A stretch of 62,481 bases of DNA, filler included, from Choristocarpus tenellus KU-1152 (Eukaryota; Protista; Phaeophyceae), in NCBI GenBank assembly GCA_964200185.2. It is 5 parts of 5 records of this genome, joined end to end, with 100 filler letters (N's around TTAATTAATTAA, not from the genome) between each part and the next. Parts side by side here need not be neighbours in the genome. Positions count along the whole stretch, not along the records: positions 33,084 to 62,481 come from CAXNAD020000109.1; 4 more parts are not named here. One strand, 5' to 3'. Shown piece by piece: positions 60,842 through 62,481 of this stretch (position 1 is the first letter of the stretch; the number at the start of each line of letters is the position of its first letter). The notes beneath the pieces are model-generated. The model ran no database searches. It saw only the letters and a list, made by a program, of their open reading frames with translations, and was not told the DNA's origin. Position numbers and translations under genes: made by a program.

Positions 60842-62481
60842 CATATGGAGCAACGAATGATGGGATGACTGAATGCTGGGGAAATGACAAAATTCGTTGC
60901 TACCCGTATTGTGTAAAATATATCAAGACTGAATGAGGCCCAACCCACCAGAAAAACGAAAGCCATGCAAGGAGCAAGTAGTTGTTAATGAGAAGAACTT
61001 TTACAAACACTATTTCATGTATGTTATCGTGCAGTATGTAGTGCCTCTTGTATTTTTTTTATCATTTCTGCACCGTCTATCTATTGTTATCCATCTTTGT
61101 ACTTTTTTTAGTCTGGGACTAGGAACCTAGATGAACTCTAATCAGCCCCGATCCGTTGTCAGGGGCACCACACATTATGCAATAATTATGAATTCACTGT
61201 CAGCTCTTGTTAGCTATGACAATTTGCACTGCCCCCTGTGCGTGCATTGCATTATTTCTTACCCATTGGGTTCAGTCAACCTATCGCTTCGTCATTGATC
61301 CACCTCCTTGGTCAAATCTGATGCAGCACTTTCTCAACAGGTTCCAGGCAATGTGAAGCCTTGTTACCACAGTTAAGGGTTTCCGCAATTATTTTCTTTG
61401 TGATTTAGCGACAAGACAGGAGGGTGCCTGTACTCTTCTGTTGTGCTTGCCACGTGGTCAATCAATGCTTCTTTTTCCCTAGAAATAGTTTTTGATCAAA
61501 CCGATTGGAACCCGTTCATTCCTTTTTTTTAGCAGAACTTGGGAGTGAAGCCACCTACAAAGATGTGGTCGATTCTGGCCCTTTCTAGTTTCAACGCATT
61601 TTCTAATCCTGTGCAATACACCCCACACCCTGAGATGCAGTCAATCCCTCCTGGGAGTGTGTGGCTGCAGCAGAGAAGACTATTAGCAGTGAAGAAGGTG
61701 GTAGGCGAAAAGGGTCCTGTAGAATGCTCTACTCAAAACACAATAATCTACACAAGGCAGTGATAGGGACCCTTAAAACTTAAGAAGACCCTCCTCCCGT
61801 TAGTTGTTGTTTACCTGAGCTGGTAGGCCTGCGAGGAGGACGCTCGAAAAACATCCGACAACAGCAGGATTGGAATCTGCGTGCAGTAACTGGTATTCAT
61901 TTATTCAATCCATTTTTACAGCATTCAGAAAAGAATATACGGTACACCTAGGGTACAGAACTGGGTCATTTTCCCAACTTCCAAATCTACTGAAATATCT
62001 TCTTGTAGAAGAAATGGGCATGGGGGATGGTGACCGTTGGATTCCTCGTGGAAAATGGGGCAGGCAGGACCTTTCAATTTTTCCAACCGGCCAACCACAA
62101 CCACTACGAGGAGAGAAAGACGAAACTTGCACAGAGAGACATCCCATTCGCCAGCTCTCACCCACGTTGTTCGATCGAATGTGGGTTTTTTATTATATAT
62201 AATATATAATGTGGGTTTTCTACTCGCCCACAATATTTTAGGGTGAAGCATTGAATTATTGTTTTATTATCCCAAAGATTGTACAGAACGAGATTTCTTA
62301 TTTGGGTGTCAACTTGCATTTCTGTAGTGGTTAGGTTTGCAATAAAAACTACCACACATTGTCCCACTTTAAACTAAAGAATCAAAGTATCTTGAGGGGG
62401 GGGGGGGGGAAGGGGGGGTTCAAGATACAGAACAAAAATAAAAAATGGATTGGACCAATAGAATCTTTTCACGCATCAAGG

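Noticed and set aside
62383-62420. CAAAGTATCTTGAGGG as a sixth element copy
   Set aside because: Only a ~15-bp partial match running into a G homopolymer, with no internal sequence.

Overview
This is eukaryotic, intron-rich, repeat-rich DNA. The retroelement motifs look stramenopile or brown-algal to me, but that is an inference from memory. The window is not contiguous: four identical 100-bp artificial linkers (N44-TTAATTAATTAA-N44) join five contigs (1-9236, 9337-16609, 16710-22737, 22838-32983, 33084-62481). I reconstructed four host genes exon by exon: a C2-domain gene, a head-to-head partner encoding a single-pass membrane protein, the 3' part of an ABC1/AarF atypical kinase, and ten exons of a DIS3/RRP44-like RNB exoribonuclease. 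Mobile DNA includes a decayed Ty3/Gypsy element with an intact 3' LTR and a chromo-like plus Tudor-like tail, a DD39D-type mariner relic, CRE-like non-LTR relics and a hAT-like relic. The main novelty candidates are: (1) a ~257-bp non-autonomous element in five copies, with subterminal 18-bp inverted repeats, asymmetric ends and variable 3-5 bp flanking duplications; (2) a CpG-rich contig carrying a disrupted multi-exon gene with weak SET-like and DNA amino-methyltransferase-like motifs; (3) telomere-type TTAGGG/CCCTAA arrays that appear positioned relative to splice sites; (4) CpG decay in repeats and gene bodies with CpG-rich gene starts; (5) relaxed splice sites (AAG acceptors, GC donors). 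All homology calls are by-eye motif recognition; no searches were run.
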